Assembly (NCBI GenBank): GCA_963663545.1 | Contig: OY760505.1 | Span: 1,248,001-1,312,000 of the forward strand | DNA: 64,000 bases | Reading direction: 5' to 3' | DNA from: Candidatus Delongbacteria bacterium | GTDB lineage: Bacteria; CAIWAD01 | In this document: piece after piece, positions 1 through 8,929 of the stretch | How the letters are laid out: each line of letters begins with the position of its first letter | Numbering within the stretch: position 1 is the stretch's first letter | The notes under the pieces: generated by a model | The model's input: the letters and a program-made list of their open reading frames with translations, nothing else | Database searches by the model: none | What the model was told of the DNA's origin: nothing | Program-made: the position numbers and the translations under genes

Positions 1-1109
1 TCCTCCAGAGCCAGTGTAGCGATGGCTTCTGCATCAAGTGCGCGACGATGTGTCACGGCCAGCGGATGTAGCACGCGGCAGTGCGGTTTGAGCCCTTGCA
101 GCATGCCGCGCAGGTCTTTATCCGCCATGGCGCAAAACACAATTGTCCATACCTGGCCGGGAGCGAGCTTCTCCAGCTCGTGACACAGTAGTTGGATTGC
201 AGCCGGATTGTGTGCTACATCCAGTAGCAGTGGAGGCGTCTCGCGTCGCAGATCCATTCGTCCCGGCCACGCCCCAGTATCAAGTACGAGCTCGGTTTGC
301 GGGAGCTCGCCCAGAAGCGCCAACGACTGCATGGCTGCCCGTGTGCTTTGCCTCCAGCCTTCACCATGTGCATGCATGACAAGACGGCACCCATGTAGCT
401 CGAAGCTTCGTCCCTTCGCCAGCAACTCTTCCTTGACTGTATCACAATCGCGAGTGCAGCTCAGGAACCTGGCCCCGCAACCCTCACACACTGCGGCAAC
501 GGCGTTACGAGTTTCCGCTGCATTGTCAAACAGCAGGAGGGGCCGACCGGATCGGGCGATTCCTGCCTTGTCGCTGGCAATCGTCGTCAGTGTATCACCG
601 AGAATCTGCGTGTGATCCAGGTCGACGCTCGTGATGACAGCCAGATCGTGATCATCCAGCACATTGGTGGCATCGTAACGTCCCCCCAGGCCGCATTCCA
701 GAATCCACCACTTGACTCCTGCATTGCGGAAGGCCACAAAGGCCAAGGCCGTCAGCAGCTCGAAGTACGAGGGTTCCAGCTCAGGCAGCAAGGGTTCCAG
801 TTCACGCCAGGCGGCCAGCATGGAGGATTCACTCAGCGGTTGTCCGTTCACGCGGATGCGCTCCGTCGGACTCAGGATGTGCGGTGATACATACTGACCT
901 GTGCTGGCACCACCTGCCCGAAGCAGCTGCTCCATGATGTAACACAGGCTACCTTTGCCATTGGTTCCTGCTACGTGGATCACACGCGGCGTTTCGCGGT
1001 CGATCCGGAGTCGGTGCACCAGTTCGCGCATGCGCTCAAGGCCGGGCTTTATACCAAAACGCACTCGCGAATCGATGTCGGCCCAGATTTCTGCAATGCT
1101 CTGTATCAC
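1..1109 (-). CDS. folC: Folylpolyglutamate synthase/dihydrofolate synthase (3' end runs off the window)
   Basis: Not in the ORF track because it is open at the edge. Manual translation from GTG at 1109 (GGGAG RBS upstream) gives VIHVAGTNGKGS, SPH, ERIRVNG, ECGLGGRYDATN, DLDHTQILG, WPGR and LLDVAHNP, all FolC motifs. Confidence 0.93.
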   Translation of the reverse strand, partial: MIQSIAEIWADIDSRVRFGIKPGLERMRELVHRLRIDRETPRVIHVAGTNGKGSLCYIMEQLLRAGGASTGQYVSPHILSPTERIRVNGQPLSESSMLAAWRELEPLLPELEPSYFELLTALAFVAFRNAGVKWWILECGLGGRYDATNVLDDHDLAVITSVDLDHTQILGDTLTTIASDKAGIARSGRPLLLFDNAAETRNAVAAVCEGCGARFLSCTRDCDTVKEELLAKGRSFELHGCRLVMHAHGEGWRQSTRAAMQSLALLGELPQTELVLDTGAWPGRMDLRRETPPLLLDVAHNPAAIQLLCHELEKLAPGQVWTIVFCAMADKDLRGMLQGLKPHCRVLHPLAVTHRRALDAEAIATLALE

Positions 1110-1145
1110 AAAGGCTCCCCGGAGTGGCAGATACTGCCGCGCCGT

Positions 1146-2684
1146 TTAGTGTCCTGCGTGCATGTCGCGAAAACGCACGATGGATTCCGCAAGCTCGCGC
1201 GCCAATTGCGCCTGTCCTTGCGCGCTGAAGAGCAGATCCTCATCTGTTCGATTGGAGATGAAACCGGCCTCCACCAGTACGGCAGGCATTGATGCGCCCA
1301 CAAGAACATGAAAGCCAGCCTGTAACACACGGCGTTTGCGCGTGTGGCCGACGCCGTGCAGATCTTCTGCCATCAGCGCGGCCAGAGTCTCGCTTTCACG
1401 AGCATAAGCCGATTGCGCCATCGTTGCCAGAATCCAGTTCTCCGGCGAAGGCGTGGCGCTATTCTCTTCCAGCGCCAGAACCGCATTCTCCTTGAGAGCG
1501 ACTTCGCGCGCATGCTGGTTGCGTCCGGTTTTAAGGAAGTAGACCTCCCAACCGCGTGCGCGCCGGTCCTTGGCAGCATTGGCATGCAGACTTACAAAGA
1601 GCTTACCCCCCTGCCTATTGGCCAGCGCGGTCCGTTCACTCAGGCTAAGGAAGCTATCCTCGTCACGAGTCAGCAAGACATCGACATTCGGTAGTCGCCG
1701 CTTCAACTCGCGGCGAAGTTCACGCGCCAGTGCCAGAGTGAAGTCCTTCTCATAGCGGCCACGAGCCGATATTGCACCCGGATCTTTGCCACCATGGCCC
1801 GGGTCAAGCACAATCAGATCCAACTCTATGGCCTTGAGAGGAGCCTGAATGCGGGGCGCGTCCTGCTCCACAAGCTCATCAGAATAGCTGGTACTGCCGG
1901 GTTGACGCAAGACAAGCTGCACTTCGCCCAGGCTTTCCAGTTCCACCAGCTCAAAGAACTCGCCGCCGCGCTCCCAGATAAACTCAATGCGATCACCAGC
2001 ATCCTCTTGTGATACACGGATTCGCTTCAGCAAACCGCCCTCGCAAATCGCATCCAGGTCTCTGCTATTCCACGCGCTCACTCCGCTTCCGTCTGGCAAC
2101 ATCAATATGAGCTTTGTATCACCCGGCTCTGATTCAAAGACCGGGATCTCGCCGAATTGCATGCGCAGCACTTCGCCGCCCCGCAGTGTCTCTCGGCGCA
2201 GGCTCGTCTGCAGACCGGAAACATCCAGTGATTCGCTTGTGTGATCCACGCGACCAACAAGCAGGTTGTGAACCAGCAGCGTGTCGAGAAGACGAAGATC
2301 CAGCAAGGCCTGCCCGGGCAGTGGACAAGGACCATCCAGCACCAAGGTCCGCCCATCCAACTGAAGAAATCGTGCTCCAGCCTGAAGCTCCAGCTGGTGA
2401 CCATTGGCCAGCACGCGCAGCCAGTCGCCCTCGCGCAAGGTCAGTGGCCGCGTGATACGCAACAGGTCCTCGAGATCAAACAGGCGTCGCTCGCCGTGAT
2501 GCCAGGTAGGCAGGATATCAGCACCCTGCGGGCCATGCACGATGTATTCGTGATCTTCGCTCAAGGTAGCACCGCCGACAGACTGGCCGGAAAGCTGTGA
2601 CACAACCGCCACCAACGGCAGCAACACCAGCAGTGCTTTCAGTAGAAGAGAGGCGCTAATGCGCAGAGAATCAGGCTTGAACAC
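1146..2684 (-). CDS. N-acetylmuramoyl-L-alanine amidase (Amidase_3, AmiC-like) with N-terminal extension
   Basis: IVLDPGHGGKDPGA, EK, LTRDED, SLHANA, VLVEAGFISN; N-terminal signal/TM segment. Confidence 0.92.
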   Translation of the reverse strand: MFKPDSLRISASLLLKALLVLLPLVAVVSQLSGQSVGGATLSEDHEYIVHGPQGADILPTWHHGERRLFDLEDLLRITRPLTLREGDWLRVLANGHQLELQAGARFLQLDGRTLVLDGPCPLPGQALLDLRLLDTLLVHNLLVGRVDHTSESLDVSGLQTSLRRETLRGGEVLRMQFGEIPVFESEPGDTKLILMLPDGSGVSAWNSRDLDAICEGGLLKRIRVSQEDAGDRIEFIWERGGEFFELVELESLGEVQLVLRQPGSTSYSDELVEQDAPRIQAPLKAIELDLIVLDPGHGGKDPGAISARGRYEKDFTLALARELRRELKRRLPNVDVLLTRDEDSFLSLSERTALANRQGGKLFVSLHANAAKDRRARGWEVYFLKTGRNQHAREVALKENAVLALEENSATPSPENWILATMAQSAYARESETLAALMAEDLHGVGHTRKRRVLQAGFHVLVGASMPAVLVEAGFISNRTDEDLLFSAQGQAQLARELAESIVRFRDMHAGH

Positions 2685-2693
2685 CGCCGTGCC

Positions 2694-3347
2694 CTAGCGA
2701 TCAGCAGAGGCGGCTTTCTCCCGATAACTCAGGTCCACGCGCGCCGGCTTGATGTGATCCAGAGAACGAAGAGCGAGATGCGGCAGCACTTTGGCCATGT
2801 CCTTACCCTGGAACTCCGGCCCGCTGAGTGCCGTCGGCTTGGGATCCAGCAGATCGGGCAGCCGTAAGACAAAGTTCTCGCGCTTGTCGCTGGCGATTTC
2901 CATCAGCTGCGTATCCATGTAGATCGCGTCCTTCGGACAAGCATCTACGCAGAAGCCGCAGAAACAGCAGCGATCCAGGTCAATCACGAATTCGCGCGGA
3001 GATTTCTCTTCGGGGCTGTCGGAGTTCTCCATGGGAGTGATATGAATGCAGAAGTCGGGGCAGGCTGTCTCACACAACATGCAGGCCGTGCACTTGGGAC
3101 GCCCGTCTTCGTGCACTTTGATGCGGTGACGGCTGCGCAGTTTGCGCGGCAGCGGACGCATCACTTCGGGATACTGCAGCGTAAAGGAGCCAGGCTCGAC
3201 GCCTTTGACGCGCAATGCGGTCAGCGTGTGACGCCACATGTTGACAAAGAAATGGCGCGCCGTGATACTCAGACCGGTCAGTACCGCCGGCAAATATAGC
3301 GCGGTTTTCAGGTCGTGTTTCTGGTCAACGTTGACAAAGCGGGCCAT
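2694..3347 (-). CDS. nuoI: NADH-quinone oxidoreductase subunit I
   Basis: TLQYPE and two 4Fe-4S motifs (CTACMLCETACP, CCFCGFCVDACP); nuo context. Confidence 0.92.
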   Translation of the reverse strand: MARFVNVDQKHDLKTALYLPAVLTGLSITARHFFVNMWRHTLTALRVKGVEPGSFTLQYPEVMRPLPRKLRSRHRIKVHEDGRPKCTACMLCETACPDFCIHITPMENSDSPEEKSPREFVIDLDRCCFCGFCVDACPKDAIYMDTQLMEIASDKRENFVLRLPDLLDPKPTALSGPEFQGKDMAKVLPHLALRSLDHIKPARVDLSYREKAASADR

Positions 3348-3388
3348 GGATATCCTTTCTTCCGCGCGGCTCGTGCAGCGGAATCATC

Positions 3389-4471
3389 TCACCAGAGCAG
3401 GGTCAGCAAGGCGGTCAGCACAAGATTCACCAGCGCCAAAGGCAGCATGTACTGCCAGCCAAGGCGCAGGAGCTGATCGATGCGGAAACGCGGCAAGGTC
3501 CAGCGAACTAGCATCTGCACCCAGCAGAAGAACACGATTTTAGCGACAAAGCCACCGAAACGTAGCACCCAGACCAGCCAGTAAGGAAGGGCGAGCACCA
3601 GGTTGCCGCCGAAAGTCAACCCTGCGTCATGCAGCCAGGGCAGCTGCCAGCCGCCGAAAAACAGCGTGGCCAGTAGCGCCGACAGCACAACGATTTCAAC
3701 GAACTCACCAATGAGGAAGATGCCGAACTTCAGTCCGGAGTATTCCAGGTTGTAGCCCAGAATCTCGCTCTCACCTTCGGGCAGATCGAAGGGAATGCGC
3801 CGCGTCTCGGCGATCATCGCCCAGAAATACAGGACGAAGCCCAGCGGCTGCACCAGAATGCCCCAGCGTGGAATGACGCCGAACCAGTGGTGTCCCTGCC
3901 AGGCGACCATCTCGCTGGGCCGGACAGCGCCCATGCAGAGAATCACGCCCAGAATGGTCAGACCAATGATAACCTCGTAGCTCAGCATTTGTGCTACACC
4001 GCGCACGGCACCCAATTGCGCATAGGTGTTGTTGCTGGACCAGCCCGCCAGAATTGCTCCCCAGACGCCCAGAGAACCAAAGGCCATCAGATAGAGCACG
4101 CCAACGTTCAGGTCGGCGACCTGCATGGGAATGGTGTGGCCAAGAAGCTCCAACGGCGGTGCAAAGGGAATGACCGCGTAGGCCAACATGGCCGCAAAAA
4201 TGCCGACAAAGGGCGCAATGTGATGTAACACGCGGTTGCCGAAAGGCGGTACAAAGTCTTCCTTGAAGAAGGATTTGAGCGTGTCAGCGATGATGTTGAT
4301 CAGACCCCAGAGCCGAAATCCCAGGATGCTGGCGCGGTTGGCACCGATACGATCCTGCATGATGGCGCTCTGTTTGCGTTCGACCCAGGTCAGCAAGGCG
4401 GCGAAGGCGAAAATGATTCCAAAAAGAATCACCACAATTTTGACGAGGGCGGCGATGAACTCGAAGAGCAT
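3389..4471 (-). CDS. nuoH: NADH-quinone oxidoreductase subunit H
   Basis: ERK..A.MQDR.G, AETRRIPFDLPEGESE, RWTLPRFR. Start moved to MLFEF (GGAGG RBS). Confidence 0.95.
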   Translation of the reverse strand: MLFEFIAALVKIVVILFGIIFAFAALLTWVERKQSAIMQDRIGANRASILGFRLWGLINIIADTLKSFFKEDFVPPFGNRVLHHIAPFVGIFAAMLAYAVIPFAPPLELLGHTIPMQVADLNVGVLYLMAFGSLGVWGAILAGWSSNNTYAQLGAVRGVAQMLSYEVIIGLTILGVILCMGAVRPSEMVAWQGHHWFGVIPRWGILVQPLGFVLYFWAMIAETRRIPFDLPEGESEILGYNLEYSGLKFGIFLIGEFVEIVVLSALLATLFFGGWQLPWLHDAGLTFGGNLVLALPYWLVWVLRFGGFVAKIVFFCWVQMLVRWTLPRFRIDQLLRLGWQYMLPLALVNLVLTALLTLLW

Positions 4472-4481
4472 GGATCCTCCA

Positions 4482-6107
4482 CTAACGCGGTGCAGCTTCC
4501 TTCGACACGCGCTTGGCTGGCGCAGACGGTGCCGCGACGGTCTCCCACGCATCGGGACGCATATCGCGCAGCCGCTGCTGCGCACCCTCGAGGGTGTTGA
4601 ACCCCAGCTTTACTCCCAGCCGCTGCGCCAGCTCAAGCATCAACTGCACCTCAGCGCGGGCGTCCCCCAGGGGCGGAAAAGCAGCATTGATGCGCTGCAC
4701 ACGGCCATCGCAATTGGTAAAGGTGCCATCCTGCTCGGCAAAGACAGCCAGCGGAAAAAGCACATCGGGAGCGGCGCCCCACTTGTGCTCGTGAGTATCA
4801 AAAACGATCAGCGTACGCAGCTTGGATGCCAGCGCGGCGAAATCCGCCCCCAGCAGAGCGGGCAGATCCCAGCGGAAGCAAATGAGTGTGTGAACGCGTC
4901 CGGCGCTGATCTCGCGCAGAAGCTCGCCGCGCACCGTGTTACCGCGGTGCAGTTCGAGCCACTGACAGCCCTTGCGGTTGGGGTTGGGATCAGCCGTGCG
5001 TAATAGCTGATCTGCCTCGGCGGAGGTTTCGTGCTCACACTCGTAGCCGGAGAGCTGGATGCCCAAGCCGTCGAGGAAAAGCGCGCGCGCCGCCAGCAAA
5101 CCTTCGTTGGTCATCTGCGGGCTAAAGAGCACCGCGCTCTGCTCCGGGTGCCGACGAGCATCCTTGAGCAGATCTGCGGCACAGGACAGCGCCTGCTCCA
5201 CGCTCACCTGACGCAGACCTTCTTCGCCACCCAAGGCGGCAGCGGTCAGACGATTCTCGTCGATGGCAGCATAACCATAGCGACCTGTATCACAAATCCA
5301 CCACTGGTTGACCTGCGGATTGTGTCGCGGCTTGATGCGCATCACGCGCTCAGCATCATTGGCCGACTTGTACTCGTGCTTCAAATCAAAATGCAGCTCG
5401 ATATTGCATCCACGACTGCAACCGGGACAGATGCTGTCCACCTTGTTCAGGAACCACACGCGGCGCCGAAAGCGGAAATCACGATCGGTCAGCGCGCCCA
5501 CGGGGCACAGGTCTACAACATTTCCCGAATAGGCATTGTCCAGTGTGCGTCCATCGGCAAGATGGATCACGCTGTGCGCGCCGCGCTCGCCAATACCCAG
5601 TTCGCCGGTGCCGGTGACTTCCTCCAGAAAGCGCACACAGCGGCCACAGAGCACACAGCGCTCACTGTCCAGCATCACATGCGGCCCAATCTCCTGGCGC
5701 TTGGGCTTGTGCACCTGCTCTGTATCACGACGACTGCCTTCCAGTACGTTGCCCCAGTCCATGTAATAGTCCTGCAGCTTGCACTCGCCGGCGCAATCAC
5801 AATAAGGACAATCGATGGGGTGGTTGAGCAGCAGGAATTCCATCACGCCCAGACGCGTATCCTTTGCGTCGGCGGCCTGGGTGCGCACTTCCATGCCCTC
5901 GGCAACCGGCTCGACGCAGGACATCACCGTGCGGCTGCGTCCGTTCAGCTCAACCTCAACGGCACACATGCGGCAATTGCCGGCAACACTGAGCCCGGGG
6001 TGATAGCAGAAATGCGGCACGATTACACCCGCTTCCTTGCAGGCCTCAATCACGCGAGTCCCTGCAGGAACTTCAACCGGGCGGCCATCTACGATCAGTT
6101 TCGGCAT
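4482..6107 (-). CDS. nuoG: NADH-quinone oxidoreductase subunit G-like (short form)
   Basis: PHFCYHPGLSVAGNCRMC, NHPIDCPYCDCAGECKLQD, CVLCGRCVRF, SICPGCSRGC, WICDTGR. Confidence 0.88.
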   Translation of the reverse strand: MPKLIVDGRPVEVPAGTRVIEACKEAGVIVPHFCYHPGLSVAGNCRMCAVEVELNGRSRTVMSCVEPVAEGMEVRTQAADAKDTRLGVMEFLLLNHPIDCPYCDCAGECKLQDYYMDWGNVLEGSRRDTEQVHKPKRQEIGPHVMLDSERCVLCGRCVRFLEEVTGTGELGIGERGAHSVIHLADGRTLDNAYSGNVVDLCPVGALTDRDFRFRRRVWFLNKVDSICPGCSRGCNIELHFDLKHEYKSANDAERVMRIKPRHNPQVNQWWICDTGRYGYAAIDENRLTAAALGGEEGLRQVSVEQALSCAADLLKDARRHPEQSAVLFSPQMTNEGLLAARALFLDGLGIQLSGYECEHETSAEADQLLRTADPNPNRKGCQWLELHRGNTVRGELLREISAGRVHTLICFRWDLPALLGADFAALASKLRTLIVFDTHEHKWGAAPDVLFPLAVFAEQDGTFTNCDGRVQRINAAFPPLGDARAEVQLMLELAQRLGVKLGFNTLEGAQQRLRDMRPDAWETVAAPSAPAKRVSKEAAPR

Positions 6108-6120
6108 TCTTCCATCCCGT

Positions 6121-7353
6121 CTAGCGGTCCAGCTCACCGCCAATCATGTTGATTGATCCGAAAATGGGCACCACATCCGCCACGGTGTGGCCAATGACCA
6201 TCTCACGCAGCGCCTGTGTGATACCAAAGCACGGCGGGCGACAGCGCACCTTCCACGGCCGCTCTTCGCCAGTGGATACCAGGTAGAAGCCCAGTTCGCC
6301 ATTCGCACCCTCGACAGCGTGATACACGCTGCCCGCAGGCGGCGCAATCATATGGCCGTGCATATGGTGCTTGAAGTGCGTCATCAGCGCTTCAATCCGC
6401 GTGTAGACGTCCTCCTTCTGCGGCAGGCTGTAGTGCAGATCCGGAGTGTTTACCGGACCGTCCTTCGGCATGCGCTCGAAGCACTGTTCGACAATGCGCA
6501 GGCTCTGCTCCATCTCGCGCATGCGCACGATATAACGGTCGTAGCAATCCCCGTGCGTACAGATGGGAATGTCAAAGTCCACCTTGTCGTACATCAAATA
6601 GGGATGCTGCACTCGCACGTCGTATTCGATTCCTGCCGCACGCGCGACCGGGCCGGTGAATCCGTAGCTGATGGATGTATCACGATCAATGACGCCCACA
6701 TCACGTGTACGATCAATGAAGATGCGGTTGTTCGTCATCAGATTTTCAACTTCGCCGTTGATCTGACGAATTTGTGTCACAATGGACAGGAGCTCTTCTT
6801 TCGCACCCTCGTAGAGATCGCTCGTAACGCCGCCAATGCGCGTATAACTGGTTGTAACACGCGCGCCGCAAATCTTCTCGAGCACTTCCCAAAGTAGGTC
6901 CCGCCCCTTGATCAGGTACAGGAAGGAAGTCATCGCGCCCGTTTCCATGTGTGCAGCAGCGACACAGGTCTGGTGATCGCAAACACGCATGATTTCGCTG
7001 ATAAGCATGCGCACCCACTGACCGCGCTCTGGTACTTCCAGATCCAGCAGTTTCTCAATGGCCATGTGGTAGCCCACGTTGTTGATTACCGGTGATACAT
7101 AGTTCAGCCGGTCAACGTAGACCACGCCCATGTTCCAGGGGTGATTCTCGCACATCTTCTCAAAACCGCGATGCAGGTAGCCGATTTCGACGTCGCAATC
7201 GACAATGTCTTCCCCCTCGATTTTGAGCAGCAGCCTCACAATGCCGTGTGTGGTGGGATGACTTGGCCCCAGGTTCAACAGCATTTCGCTATAGCCGCGC
7301 TCGCGCTCTTCCACCATCTTCATGCGCGTCTTCTGCGTGATACGCTCACTCAT
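6121..7353 (-). CDS. nuoD: NADH-quinone oxidoreductase subunit D
   Basis: NLGPSHPTTHG, IGYLHRGFEK, DRLNY, C-terminal GELDR. Start at MSERIT. Confidence 0.95.
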   Translation of the reverse strand: MSERITQKTRMKMVEERERGYSEMLLNLGPSHPTTHGIVRLLLKIEGEDIVDCDVEIGYLHRGFEKMCENHPWNMGVVYVDRLNYVSPVINNVGYHMAIEKLLDLEVPERGQWVRMLISEIMRVCDHQTCVAAAHMETGAMTSFLYLIKGRDLLWEVLEKICGARVTTSYTRIGGVTSDLYEGAKEELLSIVTQIRQINGEVENLMTNNRIFIDRTRDVGVIDRDTSISYGFTGPVARAAGIEYDVRVQHPYLMYDKVDFDIPICTHGDCYDRYIVRMREMEQSLRIVEQCFERMPKDGPVNTPDLHYSLPQKEDVYTRIEALMTHFKHHMHGHMIAPPAGSVYHAVEGANGELGFYLVSTGEERPWKVRCRPPCFGITQALREMVIGHTVADVVPIFGSINMIGGELDR

Positions 7354-7888
7354 GCTGCCCCTCCCCTGCGTCGCCCGGCTCCGCCATTGGATCAAACTTC
7401 GATCCGGGACCAATCAGCGGCTGACGATCCTTCTGTCGATAATCCTTACGCAGCGGATGCCCCTTGAACTCATCGTAGAGCAGCAGGCGTCGCAAGTCGG
7501 GATGTCCACTGAAACGGATTCCGTAGAGGTCCCAGACCTCGCGCTCGTACCAATCGGCGGCCTTGTAATACTCGCAGAGAGTGGGTGCTTCGGCGCGCGC
7601 CTCGGGCACCGGAACACAAACGCGCAAGCGACGATTGTGCTTCAACGAGTAGAAGTGATACACGAGCTCAAAGCGCGGCTCGCGGACTCCCAGATAGTCA
7701 ACGGCGGTCAAATCCATCAGATAGTTGAAATCCAGCCGCTCGTCGTTCTTGAGTAACACAACAAGCCGAAGCAGGGATTCTCGTGATACGTGGACCTCGT
7801 ACTCGCCGTGCTCTTTCACTTCGCCAAGGAACCCATCTCCCAAAGCCTCCTGCAGGAGGGTGAAGATCATCTCGCTTCCCTCGCTCAT
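7346..7888 (-). CDS. nuoC: NADH-quinone oxidoreductase subunit C
   Basis: [35 protein letters not shown]. Start at MSEGSE, overlapping the nuoB stop. Confidence 0.95.
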   Translation of the reverse strand: MSEGSEMIFTLLQEALGDGFLGEVKEHGEYEVHVSRESLLRLVVLLKNDERLDFNYLMDLTAVDYLGVREPRFELVYHFYSLKHNRRLRVCVPVPEARAEAPTLCEYYKAADWYEREVWDLYGIRFSGHPDLRRLLLYDEFKGHPLRKDYRQKDRQPLIGPGSKFDPMAEPGDAGEGQHE

Positions 7889-8373
7889 GGCAAAATCTCG
7901 TGCTTCTGGTTCTGAATCTTCGCCTGGAGCTTGATCAAGCCATCCAGGACGGTCTCGGCGTGAGGCGGACATCCGGGGATGTAAATGTCCACCGGCAGAA
8001 TCTGATCGATGCCCTGCAGAACAGCATAGTTGTTGTAAGGGCCACCACTGACGGTGCAAGCGCCAAAGGCCACGACCCATTTGGGTTCACACATCTGATC
8101 GTACACGCGGCGCAAAACAGGCGCCAGCTTGTGATTGATTGTGCCCACAACCAAAAGCACGTCGCACTGGCGGGGTGTGAAGCGCGGTAGACCGGCGCCG
8201 AAGCGATCCATATCGTAGCGCGACGCCGCCGCGGACATGTACTCCATTCCACAGCAGGCCGTAACGAAAGGATAATTGAAGAGGGAATACTTGCGCGCCC
8301 AACCAATAAGCTGATCCAGCTTGGTGGTCACGTAGGGTAGCGCCTCACCCGACGGACCGGAGGGTGTCCTCAT
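7885..8373 (-). CDS. nuoB: NADH-quinone oxidoreductase subunit B
   Basis: [37 protein letters not shown] overlap with nuoA. Confidence 0.95.
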   Translation of the reverse strand: MRTPSGPSGEALPYVTTKLDQLIGWARKYSLFNYPFVTACCGMEYMSAAASRYDMDRFGAGLPRFTPRQCDVLLVVGTINHKLAPVLRRVYDQMCEPKWVVAFGACTVSGGPYNNYAVLQGIDQILPVDIYIPGCPPHAETVLDGLIKLQAKIQNQKHEILP

Positions 8374-8729
8374 TTCCACTGGAAGATTCCTTTCCGCCAC
8401 TCGTACACCAGCCCCACCACAAGCATCAGCAGAAAGACCAGCACGGCCAGAAAGACTGGCAGTCCCAGTTCACGGTGCGCTGCCGCCCACGGATAGAGGT
8501 ACAACACTTCCACATCGAAGAGCACAAAGAGGATGGCCACCAGCCAGAAGCGTATGCGTAATCCGCCTCCACGCGGGCTGCCCCCCGCCTCCATACCGCA
8601 TTCGAAGGGCTCCATTTTGACCGGGTTCCGTCGCTTCGGTCCTAGCAGGGAGGCAAAGGCCCACATGCCGACGGCAGTGCCCAGGGCGACAAGGGCCAAG
8701 GTCAGCAGTCCAATGGTATTGGTGCTCAC
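8370..8729 (-). CDS. nuoA: NADH-quinone oxidoreductase subunit A
   Basis: [21 protein letters not shown]. Confidence 0.95.
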   Translation of the reverse strand: MSTNTIGLLTLALVALGTAVGMWAFASLLGPKRRNPVKMEPFECGMEAGGSPRGGGLRIRFWLVAILFVLFDVEVLYLYPWAAAHRELGLPVFLAVLVFLLMLVVGLVYEWRKGIFQWK

Positions 8730-8929
8730 GGCACGCTCCAGATTCGGATGTTACCGGATTGCCAGCCGATCCCGCCAAAGGCTGGCAAGACCGGTGAATA
8801 GGGGCCACGACAGGCCCAAAACGTCAAAAGTCGAGCACGATTGCTCAACCTTTGACTCTATTCAATATAGGCTTTTCGAGGCAAGGGAACGAGAGTATCG
8901 CCTTTGGATGACAGCGATATCGCACACTA

